From an uncultured Bacteroidales bacterium (lineage in GTDB: Bacteria; Bacteroidota; Bacteroidia; Bacteroidales; UBA932), in NCBI GenBank assembly GCA_947367315.1, contig CANBDX010000001.1:16305-80304 (forward strand): a DNA stretch of 64,000 nucleotides. The letters run 5' to 3'. Every line of letters begins with the position of its first letter. Position 1 is the stretch's first letter. Below, piece by piece: positions 51,666 through 59,969 of the stretch. The translations under genes and the position numbers were made by a program. The notes under the pieces are model-generated. The model saw nothing but the letters and a program-made list of their open reading frames with translations. It searched no databases and had not been told where the DNA came from.

Positions 51666-52892
51666 ATGAGACACTTTGTTAAACTACTCCTTTTCCCTCT
51701 GATGCTGCTGGGAGCGTCTTCACTGACAGCATGCGAGGAGGAAATTCAGAGGCCGGAGGTAACAGAACCTCTGATGCCGGACAGGGGCGCGGAAGGAACA
51801 GCCGGATCTATCGGTGATACTGAATTTACACAGCTGGCGGTATTTAATGCCGGAGCCGGTAATGAGGTGTTCCGTATCCCTTCTGTGGTGACTGCTGCAG
51901 ACGGTTCGGTGATAATATTTGCCGAACATAGACATAACTCATGGCGCGATAAGAGCTATACAGATGTCGTGTGCAAAAGAAGTACTGATGGCGGCAAGAC
52001 ATGGTCTGTTGCCACCAGCATTACAGGCTTGATCAATGACGGTGGATATGCCTTTATGGACCCTACGCCGGTGGTGGATAAGGAGACCGGCAAGATTTTC
52101 CTGTTCTGCACAAGGTGGATCAAGGGAAGCGAAAATGACGGGGCCGGCAATAACCTGGCATTTATGTCCGTCTCATCAGACAACGGAGCTACATGGTCAA
52201 AGCCTGAGGATGTTTCTTCACGCATTCTTGCTCCAGGTATGACAAGCTCAGGTTTCGGCCCGGGGCATGGCATCATGATAGAGGATGGCAAATATGCAGG
52301 CCGTCTTGTCGTCATAACGCGTCAGTATAACGGAAAGGAGAATGTCGGCTATGCGATATATTCCGACGATAACGGGGCCACATGGCAGTGCGGAAAAGAG
52401 ACTAGGGGAGGAGAAGCTCAGATCGCAGAGGCTGGCAAGGACTGTCTTTATATGAATATACGACGTGGGGCATCCCGTTTTGCTGCTACCTCTGATAAGG
52501 GAGGAGAGAGCTGGTCCACACCTGTAGCAGACGCAAATCTTCCGATAGTTGAAGGAGGATGCGAGGCCAGTGTCCTTGGTGTAGGAGATAATATAGTCTT
52601 CTACTGCGGTCCGGAAAGCGGACCGAAGTCGAATAATCATGACAACAGATATGCCCTCAAGCTTTTCAGAAGTGCAGTTGGCGGAAGTGCCTGGTCGCGC
52701 AGCCAGGTGCTTTATGACATGGCCTCAGGATATTCCGACATGACTGTCCTTCAGGACGGCAGTCTGGCCATAGTGTTTGAGGCCGGCCCGGAGAAGGGAT
52801 TTGTAAAACAGGCCAACAGGCCTCCGGGATGGATGAGACTTGACATCCTGATCCTCCCTAAGGAGATTACTGACTATGATTACTGGTTTTAA
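51666..52892 (+). CDS. GH33 sialidase lipoprotein
   Basis: Lipobox LTAC, FRIP, four Asp boxes (S.D.G.TW), GPG.GI, SGYS nucleophile Tyr. Confidence 0.88.
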   Translation: MRHFVKLLLFPLMLLGASSLTACEEEIQRPEVTEPLMPDRGAEGTAGSIGDTEFTQLAVFNAGAGNEVFRIPSVVTAADGSVIIFAEHRHNSWRDKSYTDVVCKRSTDGGKTWSVATSITGLINDGGYAFMDPTPVVDKETGKIFLFCTRWIKGSENDGAGNNLAFMSVSSDNGATWSKPEDVSSRILAPGMTSSGFGPGHGIMIEDGKYAGRLVVITRQYNGKENVGYAIYSDDNGATWQCGKETRGGEAQIAEAGKDCLYMNIRRGASRFAATSDKGGESWSTPVADANLPIVEGGCEASVLGVGDNIVFYCGPESGPKSNNHDNRYALKLFRSAVGGSAWSRSQVLYDMASGYSDMTVLQDGSLAIVFEAGPEKGFVKQANRPPGWMRLDILILPKEITDYDYWF

Positions 52893-52907
52893 CAACACAC
52901 TGACACG

Positions 52908-55900
52908 ATGAAAACAATTAGACATATTATAACCATGATGCTGATGTGTGTGGCAGGACTGGCCTATGCACAGAACATGGTGGATATATCTGGTGTTGTC
53001 CGGGACACATCAGGTGAACCCATGGTCGGAGTGACTGTGATGGAAAAGGGAACCAGCAATGGAGTTGTTACCGACATCGATGGAAAGTACTCCCTGACTG
53101 TCGGTGGCAGGAAAGCCATTGTGGTGTACAGCTGCCTCAGCTATGTGACATATGAAACTGTTGTCAATGACCGCAAGAGCATTGATGTCGTTATGGAAGA
53201 TGACGTACTTGCCCTCACTGAAGCAGTCGTGACCGGATATGGACAGACCGTGACCAAGGATAAGCTTACAGCAGCCATTTCAAAGGTCACAAGCGACGAA
53301 ATCGGACGTGGTTCCCACGGAAATGCATTGAAGACCCTGTCCGGAACGGTGACAGGTGTGCGTATCGCCACCACAACCGGTCAGCCTGGTACATCTCCTT
53401 CCATTGTAATCCGTGGAGGAGCTGCACTTAATGGCACAGGTACTCCTCTTTATGTGATTGACGGAGTGCAGAAGCCCGACATGTCGGACATCAACAGCAA
53501 TGATATAGAATCCATTGAGATCCTTAAGGATGCAGCAGCAACGGCACTTTACGGAGCAAAGGCCAATGCCGGAGTTGTGCTGGTGACCACGAAGCAGGGT
53601 CGTGAAGGAAAGGCGGAAATATCATTCAAGGCAAATGTCGGACTCAACTATCTGAGAAATACCAATGAATTCCTTGAAGGAGATGACTACCTGTATTATC
53701 TCAGAATGGCGGCTTACCGCTCGGGCAATATAGCTTCCCTTTCCGCACCGGGACCTTACGGTACCGGCAACGTGTGGGAGGCAGACGGCAATTCGTCGAC
53801 AGAGGGCGTGTGGAGCACTATGTTCCTGACTGACGAGAATAGATTCCTTCTGGATCAGGGCTACAAGACGATGGTGGACCCTATTACGGGAAAGACTATA
53901 ATTTACAGCGGATTCAAGTCCACAGATGTTTCAGTCCGGGATATGGCTATGACGCAGGATTATAATATTTCCGCGTCAGGAGGAAACTCTAAAGGAAAGT
54001 ACTATGCCGGAATCGGATATTATGATGAATCAGGTTTTCCTGTAGTTTCAGACTATAAGCGTATATCATTTACCGGAAACGCATCGTACAAGATCACCAG
54101 ATGGCTTGAAAGCAAGACATCCGTAAATTTCAGCAAGTCTGACGACCATAAGGTGTCTGATTATATCAGCGGTGGTGAGAAGAACTTCTTCGGTATCATG
54201 TATTCTGCTCCTCCTACCATGCGTCAGTACAATCTGAATGGGGATCCTATATATTGTACTACAAACTGGGAAAACGGAAACTGGGATGCTGCTCAGGATT
54301 TCTTCTACCGCAGGCATAACAATTATCGTCTGACCCTCAATCAGGGACTCAATTTCAATCTTACCGACCACCTCACTCTTAAGGTGAACGGAATGTGGTA
54401 TCTCAACATGACCGAGACCGAAAAGGCCAACAAGAAGTATATATCCAAACCGGGAGTGTGGAACAGCGACAGAGGAGTCACCAATAATTATGCAAGAAGA
54501 ATCGACCAGACATATAACGCGATCCTCGGCTATGCCAACTCATGGAATGACCATAATCTGAATGTAATTGCGGGATATGAGTTCTGGGACAAGGTCACAT
54601 ACGGACTCTCTGCCTATGGACAGGGTGCTGATTCGGATGACTTTATCAGTCTCGGATATTTTGACAAGACCCAGGAAAATAACATTACCAAAATCAATAT
54701 GAACTCCACACATACCCAGGAGCGCAGCATGTCGTTTTTCGGTAATGCCATGTATGACTGGAAAGGAAGATATCTCTTCTCGTTCTCTGCCAGATATGAC
54801 GGTTACTCAAAGCTTGTGAACAACAAGTGGGGATTTTTCCCGGGAGTGAGCGCAGCGTGGAATATCCATAAGGAACCTTTCATGCAGGCTTCCGGTGACT
54901 GGCTTTCCAGCCTGAAGCTTAGAGTCGGATACGGACAGAACGGAAACGTGAATATCGCTGCAGGCGCTTATGACCTCCAGGGAAATTACGGAAAGACAGG
55001 CAATTACGGCGGAGAATACGGAATCCTGATCAACAAGCTGGCATATCCGGACCTTCGTTGGGAGAAGACCACATCTACGGATATTGCTGTAGAGGCTGTT
55101 TTCTGGAACCGTCTTAGCGTGTCGGTGGGAGTTTATAATAAATTGACTTCCGATCTTCTTGCGACTGTTCCGTTCCCTTCTTCAAGCGGTGTGGGAAACC
55201 AGACTACCAATAATGGAAGTGTGCGCAACCGTGGTCTTGAGCTGGAAGTTGATGCTACTGTATTCAAGAACAGCGATTGGACTATAAAGGTAGGTGCAAA
55301 TGCTACATACATGCGCTCAAAGGTAATATCTCTTCCGTTCAATGGCAATGAGAACAACAGGCAGGGAGGCAGCCAGGTATATGACCCTCAGACAGGAGAA
55401 CTTACCTGGGTAGGCGGCTATCAGGAAGGTCAGGAATATGGTGTGGCATATGCCTATCAGATGGTGGATATAGTCCGTGATAATGAGGATCTTGCCAGGT
55501 ATGGATGGTATAAGGATACCACTCCAAGCTCCGGTACCATTTATGGACCTGCAATATGGGAGACCCTTACTGCCGAAGAACAATCAAAAGGACAGCTTCT
55601 GCAGCTTGGTGACGCTGTTTTCTATGATGTAAACGGCGACAGGATGGTGGACCAGTATGACCAGGTGTACATGGGCAATACTATTCCGAGATGGATAGGT
55701 GGCCTTAATCTGTCAGTAAACTGGAAGGGCCTTTCTCTTTATGCCAAGTTTGACTATGCGGCAGATTATGTGGCTGTGGACTCGAGAAGAAGATGGTATA
55801 TGGGTCTTTTCCAGGGAACATTCAACACCATTAAGGAGAGTAAGGATTCATGGTCTGAGCACAGGCCTGACGCAACATATCCGATCCTTATGTATGCCGA

Positions 55901-56168
55901 CAACAAATACCGCAACAACTATCGTCTGAGCAATATATTCTATGATGACTGCAGCTATCTGTGTGCCCGCGACATAACACTTAGCTACAGCCTTCCTAAG
56001 AACTGGTGCAAGGCTATGAAGATGCAGGACCTGACCCTTTCCCTCACGGGACAGAATCTCTTCTATCTGACTGCTTCCAAGATCTACAGCCCGGAGTATG
56101 GCGCTGAAGACGAAGGAGGATACGGTATTCCTCGCACCATGCTCTTTGGACTTAAGGTAACCTTTTAA
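52908..56168 (+). CDS. SusC/RagA TonB-dependent transporter (NanO-like)
   Basis: CarboxypepD-like N-terminus, PLYVIDG, LKDAAATALYG, LRWEKT, terminal VTF. Confidence 0.93.
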   Translation: MKTIRHIITMMLMCVAGLAYAQNMVDISGVVRDTSGEPMVGVTVMEKGTSNGVVTDIDGKYSLTVGGRKAIVVYSCLSYVTYETVVNDRKSIDVVMEDDVLALTEAVVTGYGQTVTKDKLTAAISKVTSDEIGRGSHGNALKTLSGTVTGVRIATTTGQPGTSPSIVIRGGAALNGTGTPLYVIDGVQKPDMSDINSNDIESIEILKDAAATALYGAKANAGVVLVTTKQGREGKAEISFKANVGLNYLRNTNEFLEGDDYLYYLRMAAYRSGNIASLSAPGPYGTGNVWEADGNSSTEGVWSTMFLTDENRFLLDQGYKTMVDPITGKTIIYSGFKSTDVSVRDMAMTQDYNISASGGNSKGKYYAGIGYYDESGFPVVSDYKRISFTGNASYKITRWLESKTSVNFSKSDDHKVSDYISGGEKNFFGIMYSAPPTMRQYNLNGDPIYCTTNWENGNWDAAQDFFYRRHNNYRLTLNQGLNFNLTDHLTLKVNGMWYLNMTETEKANKKYISKPGVWNSDRGVTNNYARRIDQTYNAILGYANSWNDHNLNVIAGYEFWDKVTYGLSAYGQGADSDDFISLGYFDKTQENNITKINMNSTHTQERSMSFFGNAMYDWKGRYLFSFSARYDGYSKLVNNKWGFFPGVSAAWNIHKEPFMQASGDWLSSLKLRVGYGQNGNVNIAAGAYDLQGNYGKTGNYGGEYGILINKLAYPDLRWEKTTSTDIAVEAVFWNRLSVSVGVYNKLTSDLLATVPFPSSSGVGNQTTNNGSVRNRGLELEVDATVFKNSDWTIKVGANATYMRSKVISLPFNGNENNRQGGSQVYDPQTGELTWVGGYQEGQEYGVAYAYQMVDIVRDNEDLARYGWYKDTTPSSGTIYGPAIWETLTAEEQSKGQLLQLGDAVFYDVNGDRMVDQYDQVYMGNTIPRWIGGLNLSVNWKGLSLYAKFDYAADYVAVDSRRRWYMGLFQGTFNTIKESKDSWSEHRPDATYPILMYADNKYRNNYRLSNIFYDDCSYLCARDITLSYSLPKNWCKAMKMQDLTLSLTGQNLFYLTASKIYSPEYGAEDEGGYGIPRTMLFGLKVTF

Positions 56169-56171
56169 AGA

Positions 56172-57710
56172 ATGACGGATATGCAACATATATTAAAGAC
56201 AATCAGAACTTGGGTTCTGGCAGCATTCTGCCTTGTGATGTCATCGTGTGATGCGCTGGAGCTTGGCCCGATTGACCATTGGGGACTTGGCAGCTACTGG
56301 AAGACTCCGGAACAGTGTGAAAGATTCATCATAGGTCTCCATTACCGCATGTGCTCGAGGATGGAGGTCATGATGAAGATGGGAGAACTAAGAGGCGGTA
56401 CATTGAACACCGAAGCCATCACTTCCACCGGAGAAGGAGCAAATGACATAGATATCGTCAAGAATACTCTCTCGGCTGCCAATCCAGGAATATCCAACTG
56501 GGGAAACTTCTATATGGATATATACCAGATGAACCATGCTATTGATAAACTCACAAATGAGTGTGCTTTCCTTGATGATGTGACACGTAAGACTTATCTT
56601 GCCCAGCTTTACGGAATGCGTGCGTTCTACTATTTTCATCTTTTAAGGACTTTCGGAGGCGTACCTCTGTGTGACAAGCCGGATGTGCTTCTTACTGATA
56701 ATCTTGACAAACTGGACAAGCCTCGCGCTACTGAGACCGATACCTATGCTTTCATCCGTAAGGATATAGATAAGTCCTGCGAACTGTATTCCGATTTGGG
56801 ATATAGCCATTTCAAAGGGATGAACTGCTATTGGAATAAGGCTGCATCGCAGTGTCTCAAGGCTGAAATTTACCTGTGGGGAGCCAAGGTGAAGCCATTG
56901 GGTGGTACTGAAGTCTATTCTGCCGACCCTTCTGCCGACTTGACTGCTGCACGCACTGCTCTTGAGGGTGCTGAGAAGGAATATGGCTATAATACGAAGT
57001 TCATAGATGCGTTCTCGGTTGCTTCCAAGGACTCGAACAAAGAGACTGTACTTGCTGCAAGACATATTCTTGGTGAAAGTACAAATCATTATGGATCATT
57101 TACTTATAATATAGCGATTTTTACCAGGTACTATGATGCTTCCGGCAACAAGATCGGTAATGTCCTGAATATAGGCTCCGGCAACCAGAGGTATGAGTAC
57201 AGCCTTGACTTATGGAATTCGTTCACTGCGGGAGACAGCAGGCGTGATGCGACTTTCCTTCAGTATTATCTGAAGGACAGTGATAATAAGATTTATCCTG
57301 CCGGTCGTGCCCTCAGAAAGTTCCTTGGTGACGTTAAGGACGGAAAGGTGCAGTACACCAATGATGTGCCGGTTTACAGATATATGGATATCGCTCTCAT
57401 GCTTGCTGAGATCAATAACGAACTGGAAGATAAGGCGCAGACTGCCAAATGGATTAATGTTGCCCGCTCAAGAGCCGGCGCCTCTGCTTTCTCCTATACA
57501 GATAAGGAGGCTGCAGAAGAGGCTATCCTCATGGAAAGGACCTGGGAGTTTGTTGCCGAAGGAAAACGCTGGTATGACGTAAGGCGTATGCTTGGCGGAA
57601 AGTATGCTCTTGAACTTGTCGGCGGAAACGAACTTAAGCTCGTCTGGCCGATTGACTCCGGAGTTCTTTCAAAGGATAATAAGGTTAAGCAGAATGAAGG
57701 TTATCTCTAA
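56172..57710 (+). CDS. SusD/RagB lipoprotein (NanU-like)
   Basis: Lipobox SSC, RAFYYF.L.R.FGGVP, YRY.D..L..AE, ER..EF..EGKRW.D, QN.GY. Confidence 0.92.
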   Translation: MTDMQHILKTIRTWVLAAFCLVMSSCDALELGPIDHWGLGSYWKTPEQCERFIIGLHYRMCSRMEVMMKMGELRGGTLNTEAITSTGEGANDIDIVKNTLSAANPGISNWGNFYMDIYQMNHAIDKLTNECAFLDDVTRKTYLAQLYGMRAFYYFHLLRTFGGVPLCDKPDVLLTDNLDKLDKPRATETDTYAFIRKDIDKSCELYSDLGYSHFKGMNCYWNKAASQCLKAEIYLWGAKVKPLGGTEVYSADPSADLTAARTALEGAEKEYGYNTKFIDAFSVASKDSNKETVLAARHILGESTNHYGSFTYNIAIFTRYYDASGNKIGNVLNIGSGNQRYEYSLDLWNSFTAGDSRRDATFLQYYLKDSDNKIYPAGRALRKFLGDVKDGKVQYTNDVPVYRYMDIALMLAEINNELEDKAQTAKWINVARSRAGASAFSYTDKEAAEEAILMERTWEFVAEGKRWYDVRRMLGGKYALELVGGNELKLVWPIDSGVLSKDNKVKQNEGYL

Positions 57711-57721
57711 ATCACATAATT

Positions 57722-57856
57722 ATGAAAACACTGGACTATCTGACACCTGAGTGTGTCGAATTCAACCTCGATTGTGAGGGTGTAATGTGTTATAGTTTAG
57801 GAAATGAGAACTATAACGGATCGGATTACAATGATGAATGGGTAAATCAATTATAG
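57722..57856 (+). CDS. 44-aa YxxP-motif small protein MKTLDYLTPECVEFNLDCEGVMCYSLGNENYNGSDYNDEWVNQL
   Basis: Hand-translated; starts 12 bp after the susD stop and ends 12 bp before the adhesin ATG; AT-rich leader. Confidence 0.7.
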   Translation: MKTLDYLTPECVEFNLDCEGVMCYSLGNENYNGSDYNDEWVNQL

Positions 57857-57867
57857 GAGGAAAGGTT

Positions 57868-59961
57868 ATGAAAAAAGGAATATTCTTTTTTGCAGCTGCA
57901 TTGATGATGTCATCATGCGTCGATCAGCTTACAGTAGATTCTCCGAAAGCTGAAATGGATGGTGCAGCTGTCGTAATGGTATTTGAAGCTGCTCCAGAGG
58001 CTCAGGTTGATACAAGGACGTCCCTTTCAGGAGATGTGGTTTCATGGACTGTCGCTGACAGGATATCTGTGTTCGCAGGTATGGAAAACGCTCCTTTTGA
58101 ATTGAAGGAGATTAATGCAGACGGTACGGGAGTATTTGAAGGTACCGCTGTCGAGGCTGATTCATATTATGCTCTTTACCCATATAGCGCTGCTGCAACC
58201 ATCACCGAGGCAGGTGTGATTTCGACCTCTCTTCCTTGCGAGCAGAAAGGCGTTGCCGGTACATTCGACAACGGACTGAATATCGCTGTAGCAGAAGTGT
58301 CTGGCGGTAAGTTCACCATGATGAATGTATGCGGTCTCGTTAAATTCGATATCGTAAGAAGCGACATCGCTGCTGTCAGCCTCTTCGGCAATGGCCACGA
58401 GTATCTTGCAGGTGATGTGGACATCGCTTTCGGTGAGGATGGAAAGCCTTCTTATACTGTCACAAACGGCACCAAGTATGTCACTCTGACTCCTAAGGAG
58501 GGCAAGACATTCGCTCCTGGCACTTATTACTTCACCATCCTTCCTCAGACACTCAAGGGAGGAATGAGCCTCGTATACATGACTGAAGGTCAGTCCGGTA
58601 CTGTTGCTACTGCTTCAGATGCGGTTGTTGCGAGGTCGGCTTATCTGACAATCAAGGCAAACCCTGAATCAGCTCTTCAGCTCAACAAGGTCATCGACTT
58701 GAGTGATCCTGACGGTGACGGCACGTCAGAGACCGCTAACTGCTATGTTGCAGGACTCGCCGGCAGAAGATACTGCTTCCCTGCCACTGTCATGGGTAAC
58801 GGGTATACTACTCCGGCGGATGATTCATATACATCCTCATTGAATGGATCTTCTCCAGAGTTGGCTCCTAAGCCTATTGCACCGATTTCTGCCAAGCTTT
58901 TATGGCAGACAGAACGGAGTCTGATTAAGCATGTAATCTTGAATAATGGTTATATTTATTTTACCTTGAATGGAACAGCGAATGACACATTAGTGTCTGG
59001 AAATGCGGTGTTAGCGGGAATAGGGGCAGATAATCTTCCTGCTTGGAGCTGGCACATATGGGTAACGGATGTGGATTTGGATACCAAGTTACAGACATGG
59101 ACTGTTCACCCTGACCTTGCTGAGTATAGCGAGTATCAAAATCCTCAGTTGATGGATAGAAATTTAGGGGCCCTGACAGATAAATTATGGGGAGAATGCG
59201 GGACAAATGGGGCAAGAGGATTATTTTATCAATGGGGACGTAAGGATCCTTTCCCTGGTATTGATAATCAAAGTCAAGGATCTGCTACTCAAGTACAGAC
59301 ATATGATGAGCAGGACAATCCTCATGCAGCAAAGTCCAAGATAACAGTTGATCCGTCGGATTTTGGTTGGTATCATAAGTCTGGCTCTCTGACAGATGAT
59401 AATATTGCAAAATATCCTATGGTCTTCCGTCTTATCGGTAATGGTACATATTGGAATCCTACTAAACATAATCTTTGGGGCAGACCTATGTATGCAATAG
59501 AAGATAACAAGTTAGGTCACAAAACTATTTATGATCCATGCCCTCCGGGTTATAGAGTCATGAATCCATATGCGTGGTCTGGAATTACAGACACGTGGAC
59601 GGGTGGTAAGTTTTCAAATATGGTTGATGAGCATGGAACTAATCTGCATAGAGTAACAAATATGAATGGCACTGCTGTAAATAGGTCAGATGGCGGACTT
59701 AAGGTATTATACGACGGTAAGAATATTGGAAATATTTCCAATACAGGTACTTTGTCAAATGATGGAAATGTTTTGCAGAGGGTTGCTGATTATGGCTATT
59801 ATTGGACTTCATCAATGTCATATACATCAGCTCAGAATGGTCTTGTAAATGCATTTGATTATAATACTATCTATCTGATGAATAACTATTTGAAATCGGG
59901 TGATAATTATTACTCACGCGCATGTCGTGGAAATGCAGTCCGTTGCGAAAAGATAAAATAA
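57868..59961 (+). CDS. Fimbrillin/type V pilin-like lipoprotein with C-terminal adhesin module (paralog of 48379)
   Basis: Lipobox SSC, DTRT...W...DRISVF, YYALYPY; ANCY, WSWHIW, MDRNLGA, YQWGRKDPF, DPCPPGYRV, AVRCEK. Confidence 0.75.
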   Translation: MKKGIFFFAAALMMSSCVDQLTVDSPKAEMDGAAVVMVFEAAPEAQVDTRTSLSGDVVSWTVADRISVFAGMENAPFELKEINADGTGVFEGTAVEADSYYALYPYSAAATITEAGVISTSLPCEQKGVAGTFDNGLNIAVAEVSGGKFTMMNVCGLVKFDIVRSDIAAVSLFGNGHEYLAGDVDIAFGEDGKPSYTVTNGTKYVTLTPKEGKTFAPGTYYFTILPQTLKGGMSLVYMTEGQSGTVATASDAVVARSAYLTIKANPESALQLNKVIDLSDPDGDGTSETANCYVAGLAGRRYCFPATVMGNGYTTPADDSYTSSLNGSSPELAPKPIAPISAKLLWQTERSLIKHVILNNGYIYFTLNGTANDTLVSGNAVLAGIGADNLPAWSWHIWVTDVDLDTKLQTWTVHPDLAEYSEYQNPQLMDRNLGALTDKLWGECGTNGARGLFYQWGRKDPFPGIDNQSQGSATQVQTYDEQDNPHAAKSKITVDPSDFGWYHKSGSLTDDNIAKYPMVFRLIGNGTYWNPTKHNLWGRPMYAIEDNKLGHKTIYDPCPPGYRVMNPYAWSGITDTWTGGKFSNMVDEHGTNLHRVTNMNGTAVNRSDGGLKVLYDGKNIGNISNTGTLSNDGNVLQRVADYGYYWTSSMSYTSAQNGLVNAFDYNTIYLMNNYLKSGDNYYSRACRGNAVRCEKIK

Positions 59962-59969
59962 TCATATAG

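Noticed and set aside
57722..57856. RiPP biosynthetic cluster around the YxxP peptide
   Set aside because: No radical SAM, lasso cyclase, RRE or peptidase-transporter gene is nearby; kept only as a small-protein finding
50330..59961. The 3' ends of the two pilin-like genes as a DGR TR/VR pair
   Set aside because: They differ at all base types and in length, not only at adenines, and neither is AAC-rich like a template
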